From: Acidimicrobiales bacterium
Lineage (GTDB): Bacteria; Actinomycetota; Acidimicrobiia; Acidimicrobiales; DATDAH01
Direction: 5' to 3'
DNA: 64,000 nucleotides
NCBI GenBank assembly: GCA_041918615.1
Contig: JAYRVH010000013.1
Span: 190 to 64,189 of the forward strand
Shown: piece by piece, positions 7,920-16,354 of the stretch
Position numbering within the stretch: position 1 is the stretch's first letter
Layout of the letters: every line of letters starts with the position of its first letter
Position numbers and translations under genes: made by a program
Notes under the pieces: generated by a model
Seen by the model: the letters and a program-made list of their open reading frames with translations, nothing else
Told to the model about the DNA's origin: nothing
Database searches by the model: none

Positions 7920-10358
7920 GTGAGCACGGCCCTGCTCTGGCTGCGTTGGTCGTGGCGCGACCTGCGGGCGCGTTGGCTCCAGGTCGCGGCCATCGCCCTG
8001 ATCATCGCCATCGGGTCGGGCACGTACTCGGGGCTCACGAGCGTGTCGGCCTGGCGGCGGACGTCCTACGACGCGAGTTACGACGCCCTCGACATGTACG
8101 ACCTGCGGGTCGACCTGACCACCGGCAGCTACGCCGACACCGCGGCCCTCGTCGACGCCGCCCGTTCGATCCCCCGGGCGCGCGACATCGACCACGTCGA
8201 GGCGCGGCTGCAGGAACCGACCCAGGTGGACGCGTCGACGCCGGACGACCTGGTCCTCGTGCCGGGCCGCCTGGTGGGCGTGGACCTCACCGACGAGGGG
8301 CCACACGTGAGCGGGATCGACACCGTGACCGGGCGCGGCCTGCGGCCCGCGGATGCCGGCCGGAACGTGGTGGTGCTCGACGAGCACGTCGCCAAGCGCC
8401 ACGACCTGGCCGATCGCGGCACGATCCGACTCAGTGGCGACCGCAGGCTCCGCTACGTGGGACGGGGGCTCTCGCCCGAGAGCTTCTTCCCGGTGGACAA
8501 CCGCGGGAGCGTCTTCGCCGACTTCGCCGTCGTCTACACGTCGATCGAGACGGTCCAGCGGCTGACCGGCCACCCGGGGCAGGCCAACGGGCTGGTGCTC
8601 ACCGTCCGCTCCGGCGCCGACGTCGATCGAGTCGAGCGCCAGCTGACCGAGGCGCTCACGGCCGCCCTGGGCGACACCGGGGTGACCATCACCCGCCAGG
8701 AGGACGACCTGGTGCTCCGTCTGCTCTACGACGACATCGAGGGCGACCAGCGCTTCTACAACATCTTCGCCCTCCTCATCCTCGCCGGCGCCACCTTCGC
8801 CGCGTTCAACCTCACCGTCCGCATCGTGGAGGCCCAACGACGCGAGATCGGCATCGGCATGGCCCTCGGCGTCCCGCCGGGCAAGATAGCCGTCCGCCCC
8901 CTGCTGGTCGGGGGCCAGGTGGCCCTCCTCGGTGTCGTGTTCGGCGTGGGCGTGGGGCTGGTGATCGACGCGTTCATGGCCGATCTCCTCAGGGGCTTCT
9001 TCCCGCTGCCCATCTGGGAGTTCGCCTTCCAGCCACGCATCTTCGCCCGGGGTGCGGCACTCGGCCTGCTGCTCCCGCTGGTGGCCACCGCCGTTCCCGT
9101 CTGGCGGGCGGTCCGGGTCGCCCCGGTCGAGGCGATCAGCACCACCCATCGGGCCGCCGGGGGCGGTCTGGCCCCCTTGCTCCGGCGTGTGCCGCTCCCC
9201 GGTTCCAGCATCGGCCAGATGCCGTTCCGCAACGTGTTGCGCGAGCCTCGTCGGACCCTGCTGACCGCGCTGGGGATCGCGGCGGCCATCTGCACGCTCG
9301 TCGGCGTGATCGGCATGATCGACTCGTTCCTCGCCACCGTCGACGCCGGTGACAGCGAGATCGTCGGGGCCACGCCCGACCGGCTGACCCTCGACCTCGA
9401 GGGATTCGCCCTGAGCTCCTCCGAGGAGACGCAGTCGATCATCACCTCGCCCCTCCTCCGAGCGGCGGAGCCCGGGCTCACGCTGGGCGGGACGCTCGAG
9501 CCCGGCACCGAGGACGAGATCGACGTCCTGCTCTCGGCCGTCGACCTGCACAGCGACCTGTGGACACCCACGGCCACCGATGGACGGCTCCGCACCGACG
9601 AGCCTGGCCTCGTGGTGTCCCGAAAGGCGGCTGACGACCTCGGCGTGGGGGTCGGCGACACGGTGGTGCTGCGCCATCCACTGCGGGACGGGATCAGCTA
9701 CCGCCTCGTCGAGACCGAGCTGCCGGTCATCGCAATCCACCCCAACCCGTACCGGTTCATCACCTACATCGACATCCGCTGGGCCTCGCTGTTCGACCTG
9801 GAGGGCATCGCGAACACCATCAGGGTCGCACCGGCCGAGGGCACCAGCGTCGAGGACGTCCAGCGCGCCTTCTTCGGCCGGCCCGGGGTCGCGTCCGTCC
9901 AGCCCGTTTCCGAACTGGCCGACGGGGTCCGCGACCAGATCGACGAGGTGCTCGGCATCTTCGACGTGATCCAGGGTGCGGTCCTGCTCATGGCCCTGCT
10001 CATCGCCTTCAACTCGACCTCGATCAACATGGACGAGCGGGCGCGGGAGAATGCCACCCTGTTCGCGTTCGGGCTTCCCGTGCACCGGGCGGTGATCGTG
10101 GCGGTGACCGAGAGCGTGGTGATCGGCCTCATCGGCACGTTGGGGGGCGTGCTCGCCGGTCGGCTGCTCCTCGAATGGCTGATCCGCGTGATCGTGCCCG
10201 ACTCGCTGCCCGACATCGGGGTCGAGGTGTTCCTCTCGGGGCGGACGGTCGCCACCGCGGTCGTCCTCGGGGTGTTCGCCGTGGCCGTCGCCCCCCTTCT
10301 CACGGTGCGACGCCTGCGCCGGATGGACATCCCCTCGACGCTCCGGGTCATGGAATGA
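7920..10358 (+). CDS. ABC transporter permease with two FtsX-type modules (MacB-like)
   Basis: GTG at 7920 gives VSTALLWLRWSWRDLRARWLQVAAIALIIAIGSG... Two 4-TM FtsX-like blocks are separated by large extracytoplasmic regions. Starts 25 nt after the ATPase stop. Confidence 0.85.
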   Translation: MSTALLWLRWSWRDLRARWLQVAAIALIIAIGSGTYSGLTSVSAWRRTSYDASYDALDMYDLRVDLTTGSYADTAALVDAARSIPRARDIDHVEARLQEPTQVDASTPDDLVLVPGRLVGVDLTDEGPHVSGIDTVTGRGLRPADAGRNVVVLDEHVAKRHDLADRGTIRLSGDRRLRYVGRGLSPESFFPVDNRGSVFADFAVVYTSIETVQRLTGHPGQANGLVLTVRSGADVDRVERQLTEALTAALGDTGVTITRQEDDLVLRLLYDDIEGDQRFYNIFALLILAGATFAAFNLTVRIVEAQRREIGIGMALGVPPGKIAVRPLLVGGQVALLGVVFGVGVGLVIDAFMADLLRGFFPLPIWEFAFQPRIFARGAALGLLLPLVATAVPVWRAVRVAPVEAISTTHRAAGGGLAPLLRRVPLPGSSIGQMPFRNVLREPRRTLLTALGIAAAICTLVGVIGMIDSFLATVDAGDSEIVGATPDRLTLDLEGFALSSSEETQSIITSPLLRAAEPGLTLGGTLEPGTEDEIDVLLSAVDLHSDLWTPTATDGRLRTDEPGLVVSRKAADDLGVGVGDTVVLRHPLRDGISYRLVETELPVIAIHPNPYRFITYIDIRWASLFDLEGIANTIRVAPAEGTSVEDVQRAFFGRPGVASVQPVSELADGVRDQIDEVLGIFDVIQGAVLLMALLIAFNSTSINMDERARENATLFAFGLPVHRAVIVAVTESVVIGLIGTLGGVLAGRLLLEWLIRVIVPDSLPDIGVEVFLSGRTVATAVVLGVFAVAVAPLLTVRRLRRMDIPSTLRVME

Positions 10359-10420
10359 GCCCCGCGAGATAGGGTCGAAGGACCCGTGTCAGCCGCGCCC
10401 CAGAGTGTCACACTCGCCCC

Positions 10421-11830
10421 ATGACCGCTCCGATGCCGCCAGGCCCGCCATCGGGCCCACCGTCGTTCCCCCCGCCAGGGGGACCACCAGGAGGGCCGCC
10501 AGGACCCCCGCCGGGACCGCCTTCCGGGCCGAGTGGCCCACCAACGGGTGGCTACGGCTACGGCTACAGCGCCGCCGGTCCGCCTCCCCCGCCTGCTGGA
10601 GGCTCTCGGACCGGCCTGATCGTGGGAATCGCCATCGGGGTCGTGGTCCTGCTCATCGCCGTCACGGTCGGCGTGGTGCTGTTGACGAGCGACGAGGCCG
10701 AGGCGGGCGAGGTCTTCCTCGACCCCACCACCGAGGTCGGCCGTGACCCGTTCAGCGACAGCGTGGCCAACCCGAACGTGCGACCGATCTCGGGACAGAG
10801 CAACACCGGCACCTCGGCCGGCGGCCGGCTCGACATCACCAGTGCGCCAGGCTCCCAGCCCGGGCTGTATGGCGGCACCCAGAACCAGGCCCAGTGCGAC
10901 CGCCGACAGCTCATCGACTTCCTCCAGGCGAATCCGGCGAAGGGCCGCGCCTGGGCCGGCGTGCAGGGCATCAACCCCTCCCAGATCGAGGACTACATCC
11001 TCGGGCTCACGTCGATGCAGCTCCGGTCCGACACCCGGGTCACCAACCACGGCTTCCGCAACGGCCGGGCCACCGAGTACCAGACGGTGCTCCAGGCAGG
11101 CACCGCCGTCCTGGTCGACCGACAGGGCATCCCGCGCGCCCGGTGCGCGTGCGGCAACCCGCTCACCCCACCACGCGCCGTCCGCACCGCCCCCAGGTTC
11201 CGGGGCACGCGGTGGACCGGATTCACCCCGAGCAACCTCCAGGTCATCGTCGTCCAGACGACGATCAACATCTTCGTGATCATCGACATCGACACCGGCG
11301 ACCTGTTCACTCGACCGCCGGGGACCAACGGCAACGACGACGAGCCCTACGACGGCGGCGGACCGCCGACCACCACCCCGCCGATCACCACTCCCCCCGA
11401 CAGCTTCCCGCCCGACACCTTCCCGCCCGAGACGATCGCGCCGCCCGACGACCTCGGCGGCGCCAACGACGTGGACATCACGCTGAGCTGGTCCGGCAAC
11501 GACGACCTCGACCTCCACGTGATCGAGCCGAGCGGCGAGGAGCTCTCGTTCTCGTCCACCACCACCTCGACCGGTGGGACCCTGGTGGGCGGAGACGACA
11601 TCCCCTCCTGCGAGGACTCGGGCGGCCACTCCGAGAACGCCTACTGGGGCCCCGGCGCCGCGACGCCGGGCGAGTATCAGGTCTACGTCCGCAACTTCGG
11701 CGCCTGCGACGACGACGGCGCCTCCTTCTCGCTCGACATCTCGGTGAACGGTGAGTCGGTGGGCGGCGACAGCGGCACCCTGACGCCGGGGACCGACTCG
11801 GGGACCGTGACCGTCACGGTCCCCGACTGA
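10421..11830 (+). CDS. single-pass membrane protein: Pro/Gly-rich cytoplasmic tail, Cys-motif ectodomain (DUF6777-like), C-terminal YfaP/DUF2135-like domain
   Basis: N-terminal (GPP)-rich ~60 aa and TM segment LIVGIAIGVVVLLIAVTVGVVLL. Conserved block LYGGTQNQAQCD...RARCACGNPL. C-terminal block DLDLHVIEPSGEELSF...GEYQVYVRNFG. Domain names are from memory. Confidence 0.8.
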   Translation: MTAPMPPGPPSGPPSFPPPGGPPGGPPGPPPGPPSGPSGPPTGGYGYGYSAAGPPPPPAGGSRTGLIVGIAIGVVVLLIAVTVGVVLLTSDEAEAGEVFLDPTTEVGRDPFSDSVANPNVRPISGQSNTGTSAGGRLDITSAPGSQPGLYGGTQNQAQCDRRQLIDFLQANPAKGRAWAGVQGINPSQIEDYILGLTSMQLRSDTRVTNHGFRNGRATEYQTVLQAGTAVLVDRQGIPRARCACGNPLTPPRAVRTAPRFRGTRWTGFTPSNLQVIVVQTTINIFVIIDIDTGDLFTRPPGTNGNDDEPYDGGGPPTTTPPITTPPDSFPPDTFPPETIAPPDDLGGANDVDITLSWSGNDDLDLHVIEPSGEELSFSSTTTSTGGTLVGGDDIPSCEDSGGHSENAYWGPGAATPGEYQVYVRNFGACDDDGASFSLDISVNGESVGGDSGTLTPGTDSGTVTVTVPD

Positions 11831-11842
11831 GGCGGGGCGAAC

Positions 11843-13015
11843 ATGGCCGAGAAGACCGACACCCCCGCCGAATCGGTCGACTTGGCGCTGCCGGGGCTCG
11901 TCGGGGCCACACGCATCGCCGAGGGCCCGTTCACCGTCGTCTACCGGGCGACCCAACCGGCGTTCGGACGCCCGGTGGCGGTGACGGTGATCACCGCCGA
12001 CCTCGACGACGAGGCCCGCGCCCGCTTCGAGGAGGAGTGCCGGTCCGCGGGCACCCTGTCAGAGCATCCCGGCATCGTGTCGCTGCACGATGCCGGGATC
12101 GGCGACGACGGTCGGCCGTACCTGGTCATGTCCTTCCTCCCCGACGGCTCGCTGGCCGACCTCCTCGAGCGACGCGGCGCGTTCGGTTGGGAGGAAGCCG
12201 TGCGGATCGGCCTGCACCTCACCAACGCCCTCGCGGCCGCCCACCGATCGGGCGTCATCCACGGCGACCTGCGGCCGGGAACGGTGATGATGGCGGCCGA
12301 CGGCACGCCACTCCTCGCCGAGTTCGGGGTCGCCCGGGTGGTGGGCCACCAGGCCGTGCGAGCGGCTCGCACCTCGCGATCGGTCGTGGGCACCGCCCCC
12401 GAGGTCATCGACGGCGCCGCGCCCTCGGTGGCCGCCGACATCTACTCGATAGGCGCCATCGCCCATGAGCTGATCACGGGTCAGCCGCCGTACACGGTCG
12501 ACCAGTCGGATTCCCTCGAGAACGTCATCCGTCGCGTCACGAGTGAGCCACCGATCGACCTCCGCGCCACCGACACCCCCGACGACGTCGCCGCGCTCGT
12601 GGCCCGCACGATGTCGCGGAACCCGGCCGATCGCCCCGTCTCGGCGGCGACGCTCGGTCGCGACCTCCACGACCTGTGTCGAGCCCATCTCCTGGACCTG
12701 ACCGACGGCCGCCGATGGCCCGAGGCAGCGCCCACCCGCGTGGACGAGCCGCCGACCGCACCTGCGCCGGTCCTGGTGGCCGAGACCGCAGCACCGGCCG
12801 CACCCGCAGCGCCCTACGTCCCGACCCACCGTGTGCCGTGGACCGGCATGCCGGCGTGGTCGTCGTCGGATCCCGGCCCCCAACCGGTCGCCAACCTCGA
12901 CCCCGACCTCGACGTGGCGGTCCTCGAGTGGTCGGGCGACTGGGCACGGGTCCGGTGCTCCAACGACTGGGAGGCATGGGTCGACGGGCGCCAACTCGTT
13001 CCCGTGTGGCAGTGA
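11843..13015 (+). CDS. Ser/Thr-protein-kinase-fold protein with degenerate catalytic motifs (predicted pseudokinase) and C-terminal SH3-like domain
   Basis: The Hanks fold is recognisable (APE: GTAPEV; DIYSIGAI; NPADRP). However VAxK is VAVTV, HRDLKPxN is HGDLRPGT and DFG is EFG. The tail GDWARVRCSNDWEAWVDGRQLV resembles bacterial SH3. Confidence 0.85.
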   Translation: MAEKTDTPAESVDLALPGLVGATRIAEGPFTVVYRATQPAFGRPVAVTVITADLDDEARARFEEECRSAGTLSEHPGIVSLHDAGIGDDGRPYLVMSFLPDGSLADLLERRGAFGWEEAVRIGLHLTNALAAAHRSGVIHGDLRPGTVMMAADGTPLLAEFGVARVVGHQAVRAARTSRSVVGTAPEVIDGAAPSVAADIYSIGAIAHELITGQPPYTVDQSDSLENVIRRVTSEPPIDLRATDTPDDVAALVARTMSRNPADRPVSAATLGRDLHDLCRAHLLDLTDGRRWPEAAPTRVDEPPTAPAPVLVAETAAPAAPAAPYVPTHRVPWTGMPAWSSSDPGPQPVANLDPDLDVAVLEWSGDWARVRCSNDWEAWVDGRQLVPVWQ

Positions 13016-13059
13016 CCGCCGGGTGGCCATGACGGTTGCGTCCTCGTTCCGATGCGCCT

Positions 13060-13851
13060 ATGATTTCCGACGTGCCTTCGGAAATCGTCGCTCCATCGCC
13101 ATCGCCGTCGACTGACCGACGAACACGCAAGCGCGACGCACGACGCGACCACCTCCTCGACTTGGCGCTCGAGCTGAGCGACCGGGCCGGCGTCGGCGGC
13201 GTGACGATGGCCGCCCTGGCCGAGGCCGCCGACTACGCGCCCGCATCGCTCTACACGTACTTCGCGTCACGCAGCGCCCTGCTGGCCGCCCTCCAACAGC
13301 GGGCGCTCACGACTCTCGGCGAAGTCACCGACGACGCGCTCGCGGCCTGGGAAGCCGCCCTCGAAGCCCGCACCGGACGAGAGGCACCTCCGGTTGCGGC
13401 ACTGGCCCGGCTCTGGGTGTTCTCCGACCTCTTCCTCGCCGCCCCACACCACCACCCACGTGAGTTCCGCCTCCAACAGCAACTGCTGGTCACCGCCAAC
13501 ACCCAGGAGGCCGCCGACGCGGCCACGGTCGTCCCGGCGGCCATGGGCGTGCTCGACCTGCCGAGACGGCTGCTCGCCGACGCCACCGCGCAGGGCGCGC
13601 TCGAGCCGCACCGACCCGCCGCCGACCCCATCGACCATCCCCTCGACGGCGACCTGCTCCGCACACTCGCCTGGGTGTCGGCACTCAATGGCGGGCTCCT
13701 CCTCGATGCACTCGGCACGGGCGTGCCCACCACGGGTGCCGACCTCGGTGCCGAGCTCACCGAATCGCTCCTCCTCGGTTGGGGTGCGGCACCGGACCAC
13801 CTCATCATGGCCCGCGGGCGCTCGCTCGGCTGGGTCGCCGAACACACCTGA
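13060..13851 (+). CDS. TetR/AcrR-family transcriptional regulator
   Basis: HTH region GVGGVTMAALAEAADYAPASLYTYFASRSALL. ATG 13060; a TTG at 13036 is also possible. Confidence 0.8.
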   Translation: MISDVPSEIVAPSPSPSTDRRTRKRDARRDHLLDLALELSDRAGVGGVTMAALAEAADYAPASLYTYFASRSALLAALQQRALTTLGEVTDDALAAWEAALEARTGREAPPVAALARLWVFSDLFLAAPHHHPREFRLQQQLLVTANTQEAADAATVVPAAMGVLDLPRRLLADATAQGALEPHRPAADPIDHPLDGDLLRTLAWVSALNGGLLLDALGTGVPTTGADLGAELTESLLLGWGAAPDHLIMARGRSLGWVAEHT

Positions 13852-13865
13852 CCCCGAAAGGACCC

Positions 13866-14498
13866 ATGCCCCTCTTCATCACGCTCCCGCTCGCCTTCGC
13901 CACCGGCTGGCTGCTGTGGACGCTCGGCGAGTACCTGCTGCACCGCTTCGCCATGCACCACCTGCACGGCAAGGGCATCATGAGCCGCGAGCACCTCGAG
14001 CACCACGTGCACTCGACGTGGAGCTTCTCGTACACCCACCTGTTGAGCTGGGCCGGCATGCTGCTCGTCGGTGCCGTGGTGTGGATGCCCCTGTTCTGGT
14101 GGCTGGCCACCCCGCTCGTCGGGGTCGCCGTGGCGACAGGCTGGGCCCTCGGCTACTTCTTCTACGAGTACCAGCACGCCATGGCGCACCTGCGCCCGCC
14201 GTCAGCCACCTACTCGCGGTGGGTCCGCACCCACCACTTCCACCACCACTTCGGCCACCCGATGGCCAACCACGGCGTCAGCGTGCCCTGGTGGGACCAC
14301 GCCTTCGGCACCTTCGAACAACCCGACCGGGTCCGGGTGCCCCGGCGCCTCGCCCTGCCCTGGATGGTGGACGGCCGAAACGAGCTCCGGGCCGAGTTCA
14401 CCGACGACTACGTCCTGGTGGGTCGAGCCACGACCGACGACCGCACGGCCGCACTCGATCGCGCCCGGGCGTTCGCCTCCACCGCCCCCGCCGACTGA
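13866..14498 (+). CDS. fatty acid hydroxylase / sterol desaturase-family membrane protein
   Basis: His boxes HRFAMHH, HLEHHVH and HHFHHHFGH, with TM segments. ATG 13866 (MPLFITLPLAF) lies 14 nt after the TetR stop. Confidence 0.8.
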   Translation: MPLFITLPLAFATGWLLWTLGEYLLHRFAMHHLHGKGIMSREHLEHHVHSTWSFSYTHLLSWAGMLLVGAVVWMPLFWWLATPLVGVAVATGWALGYFFYEYQHAMAHLRPPSATYSRWVRTHHFHHHFGHPMANHGVSVPWWDHAFGTFEQPDRVRVPRRLALPWMVDGRNELRAEFTDDYVLVGRATTDDRTAALDRARAFASTAPAD

Positions 14499-14500
14499 GC

Positions 14501-14548
14501 GCCGACCCTCAGGGGCGCATCTCGGTCGACCCTCAGGGGCGCATCTCG
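14501..14548. repeat. 24-bp tandem duplication (2 copies) containing the 3' end of the acyl-CoA dehydrogenase gene
   Basis: ccgaccctcaggggcgcatctcgg / tcgaccctcaggggcgcatctcgt. 22 of 24 positions are identical (the first and last bases of the unit differ). Copy 2 carries the real stop and last codons (..YEMRP*). Confidence 0.85.
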
Positions 14549-16230
14549 TAGGCGTCGGCGAGCGCGAGCACGTGCTCCCGCCACACCTGCTCGTAGCGCT
14601 CGGCGTCCACGACGGGCTTGGCGATCATCGCCAGGCAGAGGTCCTGCTGGGCCTGGGTGCTGCTCGGCTTGCCGTGGAGCTGCACCGCGAACCGTGAGAC
14701 GTCGCGCACGAAGACGTCGAAGATCTGGTCGACGAGGGAATCCTCGATGCCGTAGATCGCCGCGTTCTCGAGGACCAACTGCGCGTAGACCACCAGGGTG
14801 AAGATCTCGCCCACCGCCAGCAGGAAGTCGACGTCGCGGGACTGCTCGTCGCCGGGCGGCGCCTCGGCGAGCAGGTGTGCGAACACCTCGGCCTGCTCAC
14901 GGAACACCACCACGTTGGGCAGGTCGACACCCGAGAAGGCCGCCTGCCAGTCGCCGAACCGGACCTTGCCCAGGCCTCCGGTGGGGCCCTGGTCGAACAG
15001 GAAGTCGTCGTTGGCGGCATCGTCGCGTCGGGGAACCGCCGGCACCTCCACCGGATCGAAGAAGTAGTTGACCATGAACTTCACGATCAGCGAGATGTTC
15101 ACGTGCACGGTGCCCTCGAGCTTCGGGAGCGCCCTGATGTCGCGGGCGGCCATCTCGAAGTACATGTCCTTCTCGAAGCCCTTGGCCGCGATCACGTCCC
15201 AGAGGTGGTTGATCACGTCCTCGCCCTGGGTGGTGACCTTCATCTTCACGACGGGGTTGAAGAGGAGGTAGCGGCGGTCCTCGGCCGAGGCCGAACGGAA
15301 GTAGTCAGCGGCCCGAAGGGCCACGAGCTTCATGGCCACCAGCCGCGAGTAGGCGTCGGTGAAGAGCTGGCGGACGTGGGCGAAGTCGGTGACCGCGTGC
15401 CCGTACAGGATGCGGTTCGCGGCATGGGTGATCGCCTCGTAGAACGCGTGCGTGCAGATGCCGATCGAGGCCCAGCCCAGGTTGTACTTGCCGATGTTGA
15501 CCGTGTTGAGCCCGGCGTTCCACGCGTCGCCGCCCACCGCGATGATGTCGGCATCGGTGACCGGGTAGTCGTGCAGGGCGAACTCGGAGACGTAGTTCTG
15601 GCTGTGCACCACGTTCTTCACGAGCTCGTAGGCCTCGTGCTGGGAGCTGACCGCGAAGGCCACCGGGTTGCCGTCGGGCAGCTTGCCGAACACCGAGACC
15701 AGCGCGGCCTTGTTGCCGTTGCCGATGTAGTACTTCGATCCGCTCGCACGGTACGTGCCGTCGTCCTGGGGCGTGAGCACCATGTCGGTGGAGTAGAGGT
15801 CGGCGCCGTGAGCCTTCTCGGAGAGGCCGAAGGCGAAGATGCCGCCCTCGGCGAGCAGGGCGGCGGCCCGTTGCCGCAACGGCTCGTTCCCGCTCATCCA
15901 GAGCGGGCCCAGACCGAGCACCGTCACCTGCCACGTGTACCAGTACTGCAGTCCGTAGAACCCCAGGATCTCGGCGAACTCGCAGATGCGCCAGGTGTCC
16001 CACCGGCTTTCCTCGGCGCCGAGGCCCGCGGGCGTGCACATGGTGGCGAAGATGCCCTCGTCAGCCACGAAGTCGAGGAACTCTGCGTACCAGACAGCCG
16101 CGTGGTCGTCGTCCTTCAGCTTGGCTTTGCCTCGTTGCTCGAAGAACTCGACCGTCCGTTGCATCACCTCGCGCGATCGCTCGTCGGGGTACGCGCGGTC
16201 GAGCTTGTTCGGGTGCAGCAGGATCGTCAT
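14533..16230 (-). CDS. acyl-CoA dehydrogenase-family protein (long form, ~565 aa)
   Basis: Internal ATG at 16230 (MTILLHPNKLDRAYPDE...). ACAD-like blocks FAFGLSEKAHGADLYS, KYYIGNGN, GWASIGICTHAF. The upstream extension in the track ORF is junk. Confidence 0.75.
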   Translation of the reverse strand: MTILLHPNKLDRAYPDERSREVMQRTVEFFEQRGKAKLKDDDHAAVWYAEFLDFVADEGIFATMCTPAGLGAEESRWDTWRICEFAEILGFYGLQYWYTWQVTVLGLGPLWMSGNEPLRQRAAALLAEGGIFAFGLSEKAHGADLYSTDMVLTPQDDGTYRASGSKYYIGNGNKAALVSVFGKLPDGNPVAFAVSSQHEAYELVKNVVHSQNYVSEFALHDYPVTDADIIAVGGDAWNAGLNTVNIGKYNLGWASIGICTHAFYEAITHAANRILYGHAVTDFAHVRQLFTDAYSRLVAMKLVALRAADYFRSASAEDRRYLLFNPVVKMKVTTQGEDVINHLWDVIAAKGFEKDMYFEMAARDIRALPKLEGTVHVNISLIVKFMVNYFFDPVEVPAVPRRDDAANDDFLFDQGPTGGLGKVRFGDWQAAFSGVDLPNVVVFREQAEVFAHLLAEAPPGDEQSRDVDFLLAVGEIFTLVVYAQLVLENAAIYGIEDSLVDQIFDVFVRDVSRFAVQLHGKPSSTQAQQDLCLAMIAKPVVDAERYEQVWREHVLALADAYEMRP

Positions 16231-16354
16231 GGTCTTCCCCTCGGACGGCGTGGCGGGAGTGGCAGGCCCAGCCACACTTGGCATGGTCGGTGATCGGGGA
16301 CAAGAGTAGGCAGGTGGACGGACAGGGGCGCCGGACACAGGGAGCGAGAACCAC

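Noticed and set aside
10430-10600. GC-rich ccn-ggn repetitive DNA at the start of the 10421 gene, as a possible DNA-level repeat element
   Set aside because: It is imperfect at the nucleotide level and simply encodes a Pro/Gly-rich low-complexity tail. It is treated as a protein feature.
7812-11956. Very long minus-strand ORFs (7812-10085, 757 aa; 9764-11956, 730 aa) opposite the ABC permease and the Cys-motif protein
   Set aside because: Arg/Gly/Pro/Asp-rich composition with no recognisable motifs. They lie exactly antisense to genes with strong family signatures, which is the typical high-GC shadow-ORF pattern.
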